The translations under genes and the position numbers were made by a program. The notes beneath the pieces were generated by a model that did not search any database, was not told the DNA's origin, and worked only from the letters and a program-made list of their open reading frames with translations. Shown piece by piece: positions 19,347 to 27,610 of a DNA stretch of 64,000 nucleotides (position 1 is the first letter of the stretch; every line of letters begins with the position of its first letter). The stretch is from Marispirochaeta sp. GTDB taxonomy: Bacteria; Spirochaetota; Spirochaetia; JC444; Marispirochaetaceae. Where the stretch lies: assembly GCA_963676835.2 (NCBI GenBank), contig CAXXFF010000002.1, positions 64,001 through 128,000 on the forward strand, in the 5' to 3' direction.

Positions 19347-20234
19347 ATGAAAAGAATAATCCTCTTTACACTGCTCATGCTGCTGACACAGACAGTAATC
19401 TTTTCCCAGGGCAATCCTTTTCTGGGGTCTCCCGGGGATTCCGACAGAACGGAAAAAGAGGATCCCCCCGGGGAAGTGAAACAATCCGCCTGGCTGCAGA
19501 AATCCGCATCCATACAGAAAGATCTGCAGAAACAAATAGCCGCTGCCCTGAAGGGAGAAAACGGATTATCAGGAATGCTAATATTCCTGGGTCTCTCTTT
19601 TCTCTACGGATTACTCCATGCCCTGGGGCCGGGACATAGAAAAACCGTCCTTTTCAGCTACTTTATCGGAGAAAACGCCCGGCCGATCACAGGAATCATG
19701 ACGGGACTACTCCTGGCTGTGCTGCATGCAGGCAGTGCCGTCCTGCTTGTAGGCGGCACTGCCTGGTTTACCACCCGTTCGCTGCTGCTCTCGGTAAATC
19801 AGGCGGAAGCATGGCTCTATCCGGTAACCTACGGAATCATACTGATCCTGGGCCTCTGGATGATTATCCATGGAATTATTGATTTCCGACACCATAGTCA
19901 CTCTCACGGCTCCTCTTCAAAGGGCCTGACAGGAATGCTCCTCTCCGGGCTGGTTCCCTGTCCGGGAGCCTCGGCAATAATCATCTTTTCCCTTGCTTCA
20001 GGCACGGTTCTGCCGGGGATTCTGGCGGTACTGGCCATGTCTCTGGGAATGGGAACTCTTCTTGCGGGAATAGGCCTGGCAGCTGTGCTGTTCCGGGAAA
20101 AAATAGGCAGGCTCGTAAAAACCCGGAGAGACGGCAGCCAGGGCACAGCTCTGCTGGAATTGAGCCTGCATACAGCGGGCGGGCTTTTTCTTGCAGCTTT
20201 CGGCGCCGTTTTTCTATTGCCAGGCCTTATCTAA
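19347..20234 (+). CDS. RcnA/NicO-type nickel/cobalt transporter (ZevB-like)
   Basis: YGLLHALGPGHRK, His-rich loop and GLVPCPGA motifs. Confidence 0.88.
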   Translation: MKRIILFTLLMLLTQTVIFSQGNPFLGSPGDSDRTEKEDPPGEVKQSAWLQKSASIQKDLQKQIAAALKGENGLSGMLIFLGLSFLYGLLHALGPGHRKTVLFSYFIGENARPITGIMTGLLLAVLHAGSAVLLVGGTAWFTTRSLLLSVNQAEAWLYPVTYGIILILGLWMIIHGIIDFRHHSHSHGSSSKGLTGMLLSGLVPCPGASAIIIFSLASGTVLPGILAVLAMSLGMGTLLAGIGLAAVLFREKIGRLVKTRRDGSQGTALLELSLHTAGGLFLAAFGAVFLLPGLI

Positions 20235-20301
20235 ACAGCGGCGGTCATCAGATCAAAATTCTTCATAGCGAGAAGGTACCAAAAAACCAATTGGCAGACA
20301 A

Positions 20302-22200
20302 ATGGCTGGAAGGTATTGGCACACCCCGGGTCAAAGCGGTAAGCTACACGCCGCAGACACAGGAGTTACATCGATGCGATTCATTCCCGAACAGTGCAGA
20401 ATTATCTATACAAAAAGGGGCGAGAAAAGCCCCTCCGTTCTGGCCGGCCGCTGGCCCCTGGAAAATGATGAAATAAGCCTTAAACTGGAGGAGGAACGCA
20501 ACGAAGACAATCCTGCCTACCGTTTTTCCTTCTCTGTGAAAGCTGAGCTTTTCGTCGAGGAAATTGTTCTGAACGGAAGACTCGATGGAACCCTGCGGCC
20601 GGTTTCGGCGCTTACCGAAGGATTTCAGTCCCGCAGCACTACGGGCATCGCCACCCCTGATATCCGGCAGAAGTCCCTGCAGAAACAGAGTATCCCCGGA
20701 CACAGTTCTCCCTGGGGCGACAGCGCCGGAAAAGGCGGGGAGGCCGTATCCGAAAGCCTGCTGCTGCTGGATGACGGCCTGAATGAAAGCCTGCTGATAT
20801 CTCAGGAGGCACCTTTTTCGGAATTTGTCTTCTTCGAAGCAGGGATTCAGCAGCAGCCGGTAAAACTCAATGCCCACTGGCATCTTTCCATAGCTCTGGA
20901 GCTGGGAAGCACCTATACAACAGGCTGGGTATCAACCTCATCAGGAACCGGAGAAAAACTGCTTATAGAATGGAGCCGCCGGTCCTCAAAGGCATCTGGA
21001 ATAAACTGTGAAGGATTCACTACCCCTCCGAGAATCTGGACCAGCTGCATGGATAATTCCCGGGAAGCAGGTCCGGACTACATAGAGAAAAATATCAGCA
21101 CTGCCGCCGGCAGTAAGCTGCCTCTCGATGTTTTTCTTATAGACGCAGGATGGGAGGAATTTCCCGGCGACTGGCACCGACCCTCCCCTGCCTTCGAAGG
21201 CAGGCTGCCGCAGCTGGCCCGGTCTGCAGCAGCGGCAGGATTCCGCCCGGGAATCAGCATTGCACCCTTTATTGCAGCCAGGAACTCTGAAGCATTTAAA
21301 CAGCCGGGCTGGATACTCTGTAACGTGAAAGGCAAACCGGTGCCTATAGCCGCAGGGCTTTTAGGACGAAAACTTTTTACCCTGGATCTCAGCAACCCGG
21401 AAGTGATCAACTACATAAGCTCAAGCATCCGTACCATTACCCGGGACTGGGGCTTTCAGACGATAAAACTGGATATGCTCTTTGCGGGAACCCTCCCCGG
21501 TATGCACAGCGATCAGACAAAAGGGATTTACCGCCTGTTTACCGAAGCCATGCAAATTATCCGGGAAGCTGCCGGAAAAGAAACTCTGCTTATCGGGAGC
21601 GGCATGCCCCTAACCGGCGGAGCAGGCACCATTGATATCGCGGGAATCTCCTGCGGCGATGCCTCTTTGTGGGATAAAAATGTCTGCCTTATTCCAAGAA
21701 AAACCAACGGACTTCCGGCACTTCAGTCGTCTGTCCGCAGCACTATTATCCGAAGCTTTTACAACAGACAGTTCTGGCTCAACGATCCGGGACTGCTGCT
21801 TACAGAAGAGCCGGAACGGGATGTTCTGCTTACAGCTGCACTGGTCACAGGAGGAGCACTGAGTTTCGGCGATAACCTGGCAGAAATGAGTGAAGAATCC
21901 CTTGAAAAGATGAAGAGTATCCTTGAGAAGGCTCAAATTTATGCTCAGGGAAGGACTGCTCCCTTAAGGATTTTCGGAGACAGTGAGGTCTTTGCATTGT
22001 ATAACGATACCGGGCTTATACTGCTGTTCAATCTGAACAGTGAAGAAGTAACCATCGAGTTAAGACTGGCCGGGTACAGGGATATTCTATCCCCCTACAC
22101 CGCCTATAAGCCCTTTACAGGAGCCGAAGATCACCCGCTGGAGGCTCCGCGGAACATGACTATTCCCGCTGTGGGCTACAAGGAAATCAGGCTCTCCTGA
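20302..22200 (+). CDS. Glycoside hydrolase family 36-like (alpha-galactosidase-like); start uncertain
   Basis: FLIDAGWE..GDW, LDLSNPEV, WGFQTIKLD and FWLNDPG motifs. Confidence 0.75.
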   Translation: MAGRYWHTPGQSGKLHAADTGVTSMRFIPEQCRIIYTKRGEKSPSVLAGRWPLENDEISLKLEEERNEDNPAYRFSFSVKAELFVEEIVLNGRLDGTLRPVSALTEGFQSRSTTGIATPDIRQKSLQKQSIPGHSSPWGDSAGKGGEAVSESLLLLDDGLNESLLISQEAPFSEFVFFEAGIQQQPVKLNAHWHLSIALELGSTYTTGWVSTSSGTGEKLLIEWSRRSSKASGINCEGFTTPPRIWTSCMDNSREAGPDYIEKNISTAAGSKLPLDVFLIDAGWEEFPGDWHRPSPAFEGRLPQLARSAAAAGFRPGISIAPFIAARNSEAFKQPGWILCNVKGKPVPIAAGLLGRKLFTLDLSNPEVINYISSSIRTITRDWGFQTIKLDMLFAGTLPGMHSDQTKGIYRLFTEAMQIIREAAGKETLLIGSGMPLTGGAGTIDIAGISCGDASLWDKNVCLIPRKTNGLPALQSSVRSTIIRSFYNRQFWLNDPGLLLTEEPERDVLLTAALVTGGALSFGDNLAEMSEESLEKMKSILEKAQIYAQGRTAPLRIFGDSEVFALYNDTGLILLFNLNSEEVTIELRLAGYRDILSPYTAYKPFTGAEDHPLEAPRNMTIPAVGYKEIRLS

Positions 22201-24053
22201 TTCCGGCGGATAAGGACATCTTCATAGGGAGCAAAACGCCAGCCCTGGGTATAGGAGTCGGGCTTTCTGTCGGGACTGATTATGGTCCCGATGCCGGCAG
22301 TTTCCAGATGCCGCCGCAGAACCTGTATGCGCTTGTAGATGGACTGATAGCGCCGGCACATGCTGGGCTTGCAGCCGCCGTCCCCGCAGGAATCCTTCCC
22401 GTCCCCGATTAAAGCGCTTATATCGCCGCAGAGCAGTACTCCTTCCGGAGCAGAAAGAAACCCGCTAAGGATTCTCATATTTGCCTCGGAAAGACCGGAC
22501 TCAAGACGGCGGCCTTCAAAGTAGACCTCATCATCCTTTACCAGAAGATTCTTCGGCCGCAGGGAATGGAATATCAGGGCTCCCGCAAACAACAGAACCA
22601 ACAGCAGCCTGTCCAGAACAGCAAACACCATGGAACCCGACAAAACCGGCCCGGGAAATGCAACAAGCATTACCATGTAGAACCAGATAAGCCAGAAAAT
22701 GCTTCCGCTTAAAAGCCGGCGCAGCCTTTCCGGATTGCGGTCGCCTTCAAGCGCAGGAAAACGCAGAAGCTGGAGAATAGTAAAGACGGCCATATTCTTC
22801 AGAGCAAATGAAAAGGCAGCCAGCTCAGTAATTCCGGGGATGAGCAGAAAGGGCAGGAATACTATTCCCGCCAGGGAGAGGGCAAATACAATCTTAAGAG
22901 AAGTTCCCCGGGATACAGTAAGTGACCCGAGCATGAAAAGTGCTTCAAAAACCGCCCAGGGAAGGAGGATTCCGGAAGCAGCTGCATTCATCCGGCTGAG
23001 TTCTGAAATTATCAGAAAACTTCCTGCAAAGGCGGCAAAAAAGGGCATTCCCCTTTGAAAAACGGTAAACCAGGAGTTCCCCCGGATACGGGTCTGTTCC
23101 GCCGCCTGAGTACTATCCAGTTTAGCCGGAATTAATCCTGCAAAAAAGAGACTCTTTTTTTCCGTTGCAGTAACAATCCCCTCTTCGAGCTCAAGCAACC
23201 AGCCCTCCGATGTGATGTCCCGCTTGTTAGCCGGAGGCACCAGCCTGCCTATTCCCAGGTTCTCAAGTTTCCCCGAAAGGGCACTTATATTTCTATAGAT
23301 AACCGCATAGGCAGGGCATTGGGACGCCTTGCACTCTCCACCGGGGACACAATGCTCCGCTCCCGGAGTAAGATAAGCAAAATCCCTGCAGAAAACCTTT
23401 CTGTCCCGGCTCTGAATACAACCTTTCAGTATTGCCTGCTGCAGATCAGAAAAGAGATCACTGACATCCTCATCCCGGAAGAGTATCCTCTCCCCGGCAC
23501 TGAGCACATCGTTTTCGGAACCTCCCCGGAGAATCACCAGCAGCAGAAGTGCGGGAATATAACTGAGACTCTCATACACCCCGATAAACACTGCATCCAA
23601 CTCCTGTACCGCCATTCCTACCGTAATAAATTGATGCAGCTGCAGGATTACCAGCAGGGCGGAATAGGAACCGAGAACCAGGATAATAAGGTTCAGGCCC
23701 CGGGCCAGTCGGTTGAAATCCCTTCGTCTGGCAAAACGGTACACAAGGCTGTAGCTTACCGCCAGGAGCGGCCCGGGATAGAGTTTCATCAGAAAACCGA
23801 GAAAGGCAGCATCGATATAGATACCGCCTGCAATGGCAATAGCGGAAACCGCCAGCCCCAGTACTGAAAGCAGTGTAAAGGCATAGCGGCTGCTGCTGCG
23901 CCGGAAAACAAGAAGAACTCCCCCTCCCTGCAGCAGGGCCATCAGCCCCCCGGCATAAACAGAATACTCTCCCGCTGCCGCAAAGCCTGTAACCAGGGCC
24001 GGCAGGGAGGAATAGACGGCCAGAGCAAAAACAAACAGACGGAAGGGAATCAT
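22176..24053 (-). CDS. Hypothetical polytopic membrane protein, 2x [TM bundle + OmpR/PhoB-like winged helix with 4-Cys insert]
   Basis: Internal duplication, aa ~180-292 and ~500-612, each with C-x12/13-C-x4/5-CKxSxC-x2-Y-x2-IY...LE..GIG...GW. Confidence 0.7.
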   Translation of the reverse strand: MIPFRLFVFALAVYSSLPALVTGFAAAGEYSVYAGGLMALLQGGGVLLVFRRSSSRYAFTLLSVLGLAVSAIAIAGGIYIDAAFLGFLMKLYPGPLLAVSYSLVYRFARRRDFNRLARGLNLIILVLGSYSALLVILQLHQFITVGMAVQELDAVFIGVYESLSYIPALLLLVILRGGSENDVLSAGERILFRDEDVSDLFSDLQQAILKGCIQSRDRKVFCRDFAYLTPGAEHCVPGGECKASQCPAYAVIYRNISALSGKLENLGIGRLVPPANKRDITSEGWLLELEEGIVTATEKKSLFFAGLIPAKLDSTQAAEQTRIRGNSWFTVFQRGMPFFAAFAGSFLIISELSRMNAAASGILLPWAVFEALFMLGSLTVSRGTSLKIVFALSLAGIVFLPFLLIPGITELAAFSFALKNMAVFTILQLLRFPALEGDRNPERLRRLLSGSIFWLIWFYMVMLVAFPGPVLSGSMVFAVLDRLLLVLLFAGALIFHSLRPKNLLVKDDEVYFEGRRLESGLSEANMRILSGFLSAPEGVLLCGDISALIGDGKDSCGDGGCKPSMCRRYQSIYKRIQVLRRHLETAGIGTIISPDRKPDSYTQGWRFAPYEDVLIRRNQESLISL

Positions 24054-24740
24054 CTAGGCAGCCTTTTCCTTAAATGTCAGTCGAGCCATAAGAATAGGGG
24101 TAATAAAGAAAACGGCAGAGAAAATACCGAAGCGGGGATAGGTGAGAGCGATGATGACCGCCGCAAAGGCAGCGGTGAGGGCATCGGCATAAAAGGGTTT
24201 AAAGACCTGGGAAAGATAGTGGAGAAAGTCCCTCCCCTCCTCCAGCCGGTAAAAGAGGGCATTGAGAACACAGGAAATAAGAAACAGAAAGGGAGCGGCG
24301 CCGATGGCCGGCAGAATATACATCCCCCCGGTCAGATTTATCAAAAGACCATAGACTTTATCAACAGCATAGAGACCAACAATAAAATGGCTGACATTAA
24401 AAAGGGTAAGCCGGAAATGGGTATTAAACAGGTGACGAAAGCCCCCCTCTTCAATGCGGAAGCTCAATAACAGACTTGCAGCAATACAGACCAGAGCGGT
24501 GACAGGCCCGCCGGAAAGATAGGCGGCAAAAAAGACCGCTTCCAGGGTGGAAATATAGATATTTCCGCGCCGGTGGTGTACCGAGAAAGACTCATTCAGA
24601 ATGCCCAGAAGCGACCAGACCAGCACAGCCGCAGGGTCGATTGTGAATGAAGAACCGGAGAGCAGCAGAAAAGTTGAGGCTAAAGCTCCAAGGGAGAGAA
24701 CTATCAGAAAAACTGCAGCACTTACCGGATAATCGGACAT
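24054..24740 (-). CDS. Stand-alone MASE-like integral membrane protein
   Basis: About 7 TM; LNESFSV..ISTLEAVFFAA..GGP..TLFNVSH..PILMARLTF resembles the N-terminal membrane domain of HD-GYP/GGDEF proteins, with no output domain. Confidence 0.6.
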   Translation of the reverse strand: MSDYPVSAAVFLIVLSLGALASTFLLLSGSSFTIDPAAVLVWSLLGILNESFSVHHRRGNIYISTLEAVFFAAYLSGGPVTALVCIAASLLLSFRIEEGGFRHLFNTHFRLTLFNVSHFIVGLYAVDKVYGLLINLTGGMYILPAIGAAPFLFLISCVLNALFYRLEEGRDFLHYLSQVFKPFYADALTAAFAAVIIALTYPRFGIFSAVFFITPILMARLTFKEKAA

Positions 24741-24888
24741 TTTAAAACCTCAGAAACATGTTTCTCCACAAAATCGTACGGAAGCATGTTCTTACTGCCT
24801 GACGGCAGCTGTTTTTTTCTGCTGGTATGATACGTTTCCTGAATAGAGAAGTCAATTGATCTGAAAACCAGTTAAAAGAGGTATAAAA

Positions 24889-26121
24889 ATGAAAAACAGA
24901 CTATTCGGCCTTGCTGTTCTAACAGCAGTTCTGCTTGCACTTCTGTCCTGCGAGAGCGCAGGCAGCGGCGGAAACTCTTCACCGGAACCAGGGCCCTTGA
25001 AATTCAGCGACGCAGGAGCTGGATTCAACGGCAACCGACAGGGCCCTTCATGCTCCACTGCGGATATAGATAATGACGGTGACATTGATATCTTTTTCTC
25101 AGGTTACCCCGCAACCGCCCTTTACCGGAATAAAGGAAACAACACATTCGAATCCGGAGGATTCCTGGAGTTCACCAATACAGACTATTCAGCATCGGTT
25201 TTTGCAGATGTTGACTGCGACGGGGATTTTGACCTCATCCGAATGGGAAGAACAGGATCCAGTTCTACCGCCTATACTGTGGTTGAACTAAACAACGGCA
25301 GTGGTAGTTTTACCTCTGAGACTGCAGGTCTTACCGCTCTCCGCCAGGGGGATATTGCTGCCGGGGATGTTAATAATGACGGGTATCCGGATATATTAAT
25401 TCAGGGTATGGACAGTTCTGGAAACTTTATGACGTGTCTTTATCTTAATAATGGGGATCCCGACGACGATGGATGGGACTTCTTCAGCGAATCGACATTC
25501 ACCTTTATAGAACTTGCCAGAGGTTCGGTTGAATTCGGACATCTCAATGACGATGACTACCTTGATCTGTTAATCACCGGCCTTGACAGCAGCAGCACGA
25601 AACAAACCATGATCTACCTCAACGACGGTGACAGCGGAGATGACGGGTGGGACGACACCTTTTCAGAACTCCCGGGACATCCGCTCCCCGGCATGTACAA
25701 TTGCGAAAGCGCAATTGTGGATATAGACAACGACCAGGACAACGACATTATCCTGGCGGGAGATACAGGTCAGGGAGAGTGCCTGATCTTTACCAATGAC
25801 GGAAACGCCGGATTTACTGATGGTCAGACTCTAACTGGGGTATCAGCCGCCTTCCTTGTAACCGGCGATCCGGATGATGACGGCGATCCCGACCTTATTG
25901 TGGGAGGTTGGTACGGTCAGGATGGATATACAGCCCGAACCTTCTTCTATCGCAACAACGAAGGAACCTTCGAAGAAGAGGAGAATATAGAACTTACCGA
26001 TATGCAGGACGGTGCGGGCAGTTTTTTTGATTCCGACAACGACGGAGATCTGGATCTGGCCATCTGCGGCGGCAGTGGTGCAACTGCCTATGGCTTTCTT
26101 TACCTGAACGGCCGGTTCTAA
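24889..26121 (+). CDS. FG-GAP/VCBS-repeat (beta-propeller) lipoprotein 1
   Basis: Lipobox LLSC; about 7 DxDxDGDxD repeats with LYLNNG strands. Confidence 0.88.
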   Translation: MKNRLFGLAVLTAVLLALLSCESAGSGGNSSPEPGPLKFSDAGAGFNGNRQGPSCSTADIDNDGDIDIFFSGYPATALYRNKGNNTFESGGFLEFTNTDYSASVFADVDCDGDFDLIRMGRTGSSSTAYTVVELNNGSGSFTSETAGLTALRQGDIAAGDVNNDGYPDILIQGMDSSGNFMTCLYLNNGDPDDDGWDFFSESTFTFIELARGSVEFGHLNDDDYLDLLITGLDSSSTKQTMIYLNDGDSGDDGWDDTFSELPGHPLPGMYNCESAIVDIDNDQDNDIILAGDTGQGECLIFTNDGNAGFTDGQTLTGVSAAFLVTGDPDDDGDPDLIVGGWYGQDGYTARTFFYRNNEGTFEEEENIELTDMQDGAGSFFDSDNDGDLDLAICGGSGATAYGFLYLNGRF

Positions 26122-26194
26122 GCTCACAACCTTCCTCCATCGGGAAGTTAAGACCTTGCAGACCCTTCCGGGGACACCCCCGGAGGGGTTGTTT
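26098..26194 (+). repeat. ~97-bp direct repeat, copy 1 (gene 3' end plus terminator)
   Basis: CTTTACCTGAACGGCCGGTTCTAAGCTCACAACCTTCCTCCATCGGGAAGTTAAGAC...CAGACCCTTCCGGG...CCCGGAGGGGTTGTTT. Confidence 0.92.
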
Positions 26195-26242
26195 ATATCC
26201 AAATCTGAACAGAAGCCAAGTTTTTAAGAGAGAGGTATAAAA

Positions 26243-27481
26243 ATGAAAAACAGACTAATTAACCTTGCAGTAATTACAGTAGTGCTGCTGGCACTCCTTT
26301 CCTGCGAGAGCGCAGGCAGCGGCGGAAGCTCTTCACCGGAACCAGGGCCCTTGACATTCAGCGATGCGGGAGCAAACCTGACAGGGGTGCGCTATAACCC
26401 CACCTGCAGCATCGCCGATGTTAACAACGACGGGCATACAGATCTACTTATTTCTGGACACTCAAGCAGCGGTGATGTGACAAAACTCTACCTCAATGAC
26501 GGCACTGGCACATTTTCCCATGCCAATGCCGGAATGGCGAATCTGCGCTACACAATGAGCGGCTTTGCCGACATGGACAATGATGGTGATATGGATTTAT
26601 GCCTGGCAGGCAACAATAGCAGCGGGAACCCCAGGGCCTACCTCTACATAAACGCCGGGGACGGTACCTTCAGCGAATCAGCTCAGACTGTTTACGGGGC
26701 TTCGGATGGATCACTTGCCTTCGCAGATGTAGACAATGATGGAAATATTGACCTGCTGGTATGCGGTAAGCATGATATTGATGGGGATGACAATATTGAA
26801 ATCAGTTCCATTCTCTATATAAACCAGGGAGATAATAATTCAGATGGCCAATGGGATGGGTACCAGCCATCCACAGAGAGCCTTACCGGGGTAAGAAACG
26901 GAACCTGCAGCTTTGCTGATATTAATAATGATGGCTACCCTGAAATTCTCATCAGTGGAAAAGCCGATGCATCACCGGACACCTTTACCGGGCTCTATAT
27001 AAACAATGGAGACCGTACTTATGCAGAATCCGGGACAGTTTTTCCCCAGCTGGGATACGGTCAAGGAACAGCTTTTGCCGATGTCAACGGCGATGGAGAC
27101 CTGGAAATACTCCTGGCCTATGAGGATAGTGAACTGAAAACCGAGGTATGGGGACTGAACCTGTCGGGGACATACGAAAAGGAATCAGATTTTGCGGAAC
27201 CCGCTTCAGGGAGAATTATTTCCGGCGACCCCGATTCTGACGGAGATATAGATATTATTATCTACGATTATAGTTCCGACGAAACAGCAGGGACCAATTT
27301 CTATATCAACGACGGATCGGGCCTTTTCAGCCGCAAGAACATGGGCCTGTCCAGCATAGAGTCATGCGGGGAGGGACACTTCTTCGATGCAGATGGAGAC
27401 AGTGATCTGGACCTCATTATCTGCGGCAAGGACAGCACCGGCAGTGGAAATACAACTCTTTACCTGAACGGCCGGTTCTAA
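26243..27481 (+). CDS. FG-GAP/VCBS-repeat (beta-propeller) lipoprotein 2, tandem paralogue
   Basis: Lipobox LLSC; about 7 FADxDNDGDxD repeats; same N- and C-termini as the upstream gene. Confidence 0.88.
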   Translation: MKNRLINLAVITVVLLALLSCESAGSGGSSSPEPGPLTFSDAGANLTGVRYNPTCSIADVNNDGHTDLLISGHSSSGDVTKLYLNDGTGTFSHANAGMANLRYTMSGFADMDNDGDMDLCLAGNNSSGNPRAYLYINAGDGTFSESAQTVYGASDGSLAFADVDNDGNIDLLVCGKHDIDGDDNIEISSILYINQGDNNSDGQWDGYQPSTESLTGVRNGTCSFADINNDGYPEILISGKADASPDTFTGLYINNGDRTYAESGTVFPQLGYGQGTAFADVNGDGDLEILLAYEDSELKTEVWGLNLSGTYEKESDFAEPASGRIISGDPDSDGDIDIIIYDYSSDETAGTNFYINDGSGLFSRKNMGLSSIESCGEGHFFDADGDSDLDLIICGKDSTGSGNTTLYLNGRF

Positions 27482-27553
27482 GCTCACAACCTTCCTCCAT
27501 CGGGAAGTTAAGACTATTCAGACCCTTCCGGGACACCCCCGGAGGGGTTGTTT
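27458..27553 (+). repeat. ~97-bp direct repeat, copy 2 (gene 3' end plus terminator)
   Basis: Same sequence 1360 bp downstream, with a few substitutions and one indel. Confidence 0.92.
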
Positions 27554-27610
27554 TTCTCTTCTCGTTCCCTTCTTTCTCCTCTTTTTATCCTTTTTATTCT
27601 TTAGTTCCCT

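Noticed and set aside
24054..24056. TAG as a pyrrolysine codon
   Set aside because: No pyl genes in the window, and the downstream ATG has its own RBS-like sequence.
26098..27553. Repeats after the FG-GAP genes as integron attC sites
   Set aside because: The repeat includes coding sequence, no clear RYYYAAC...GTTRRRY box pair was seen, and there is no integrase in the window.
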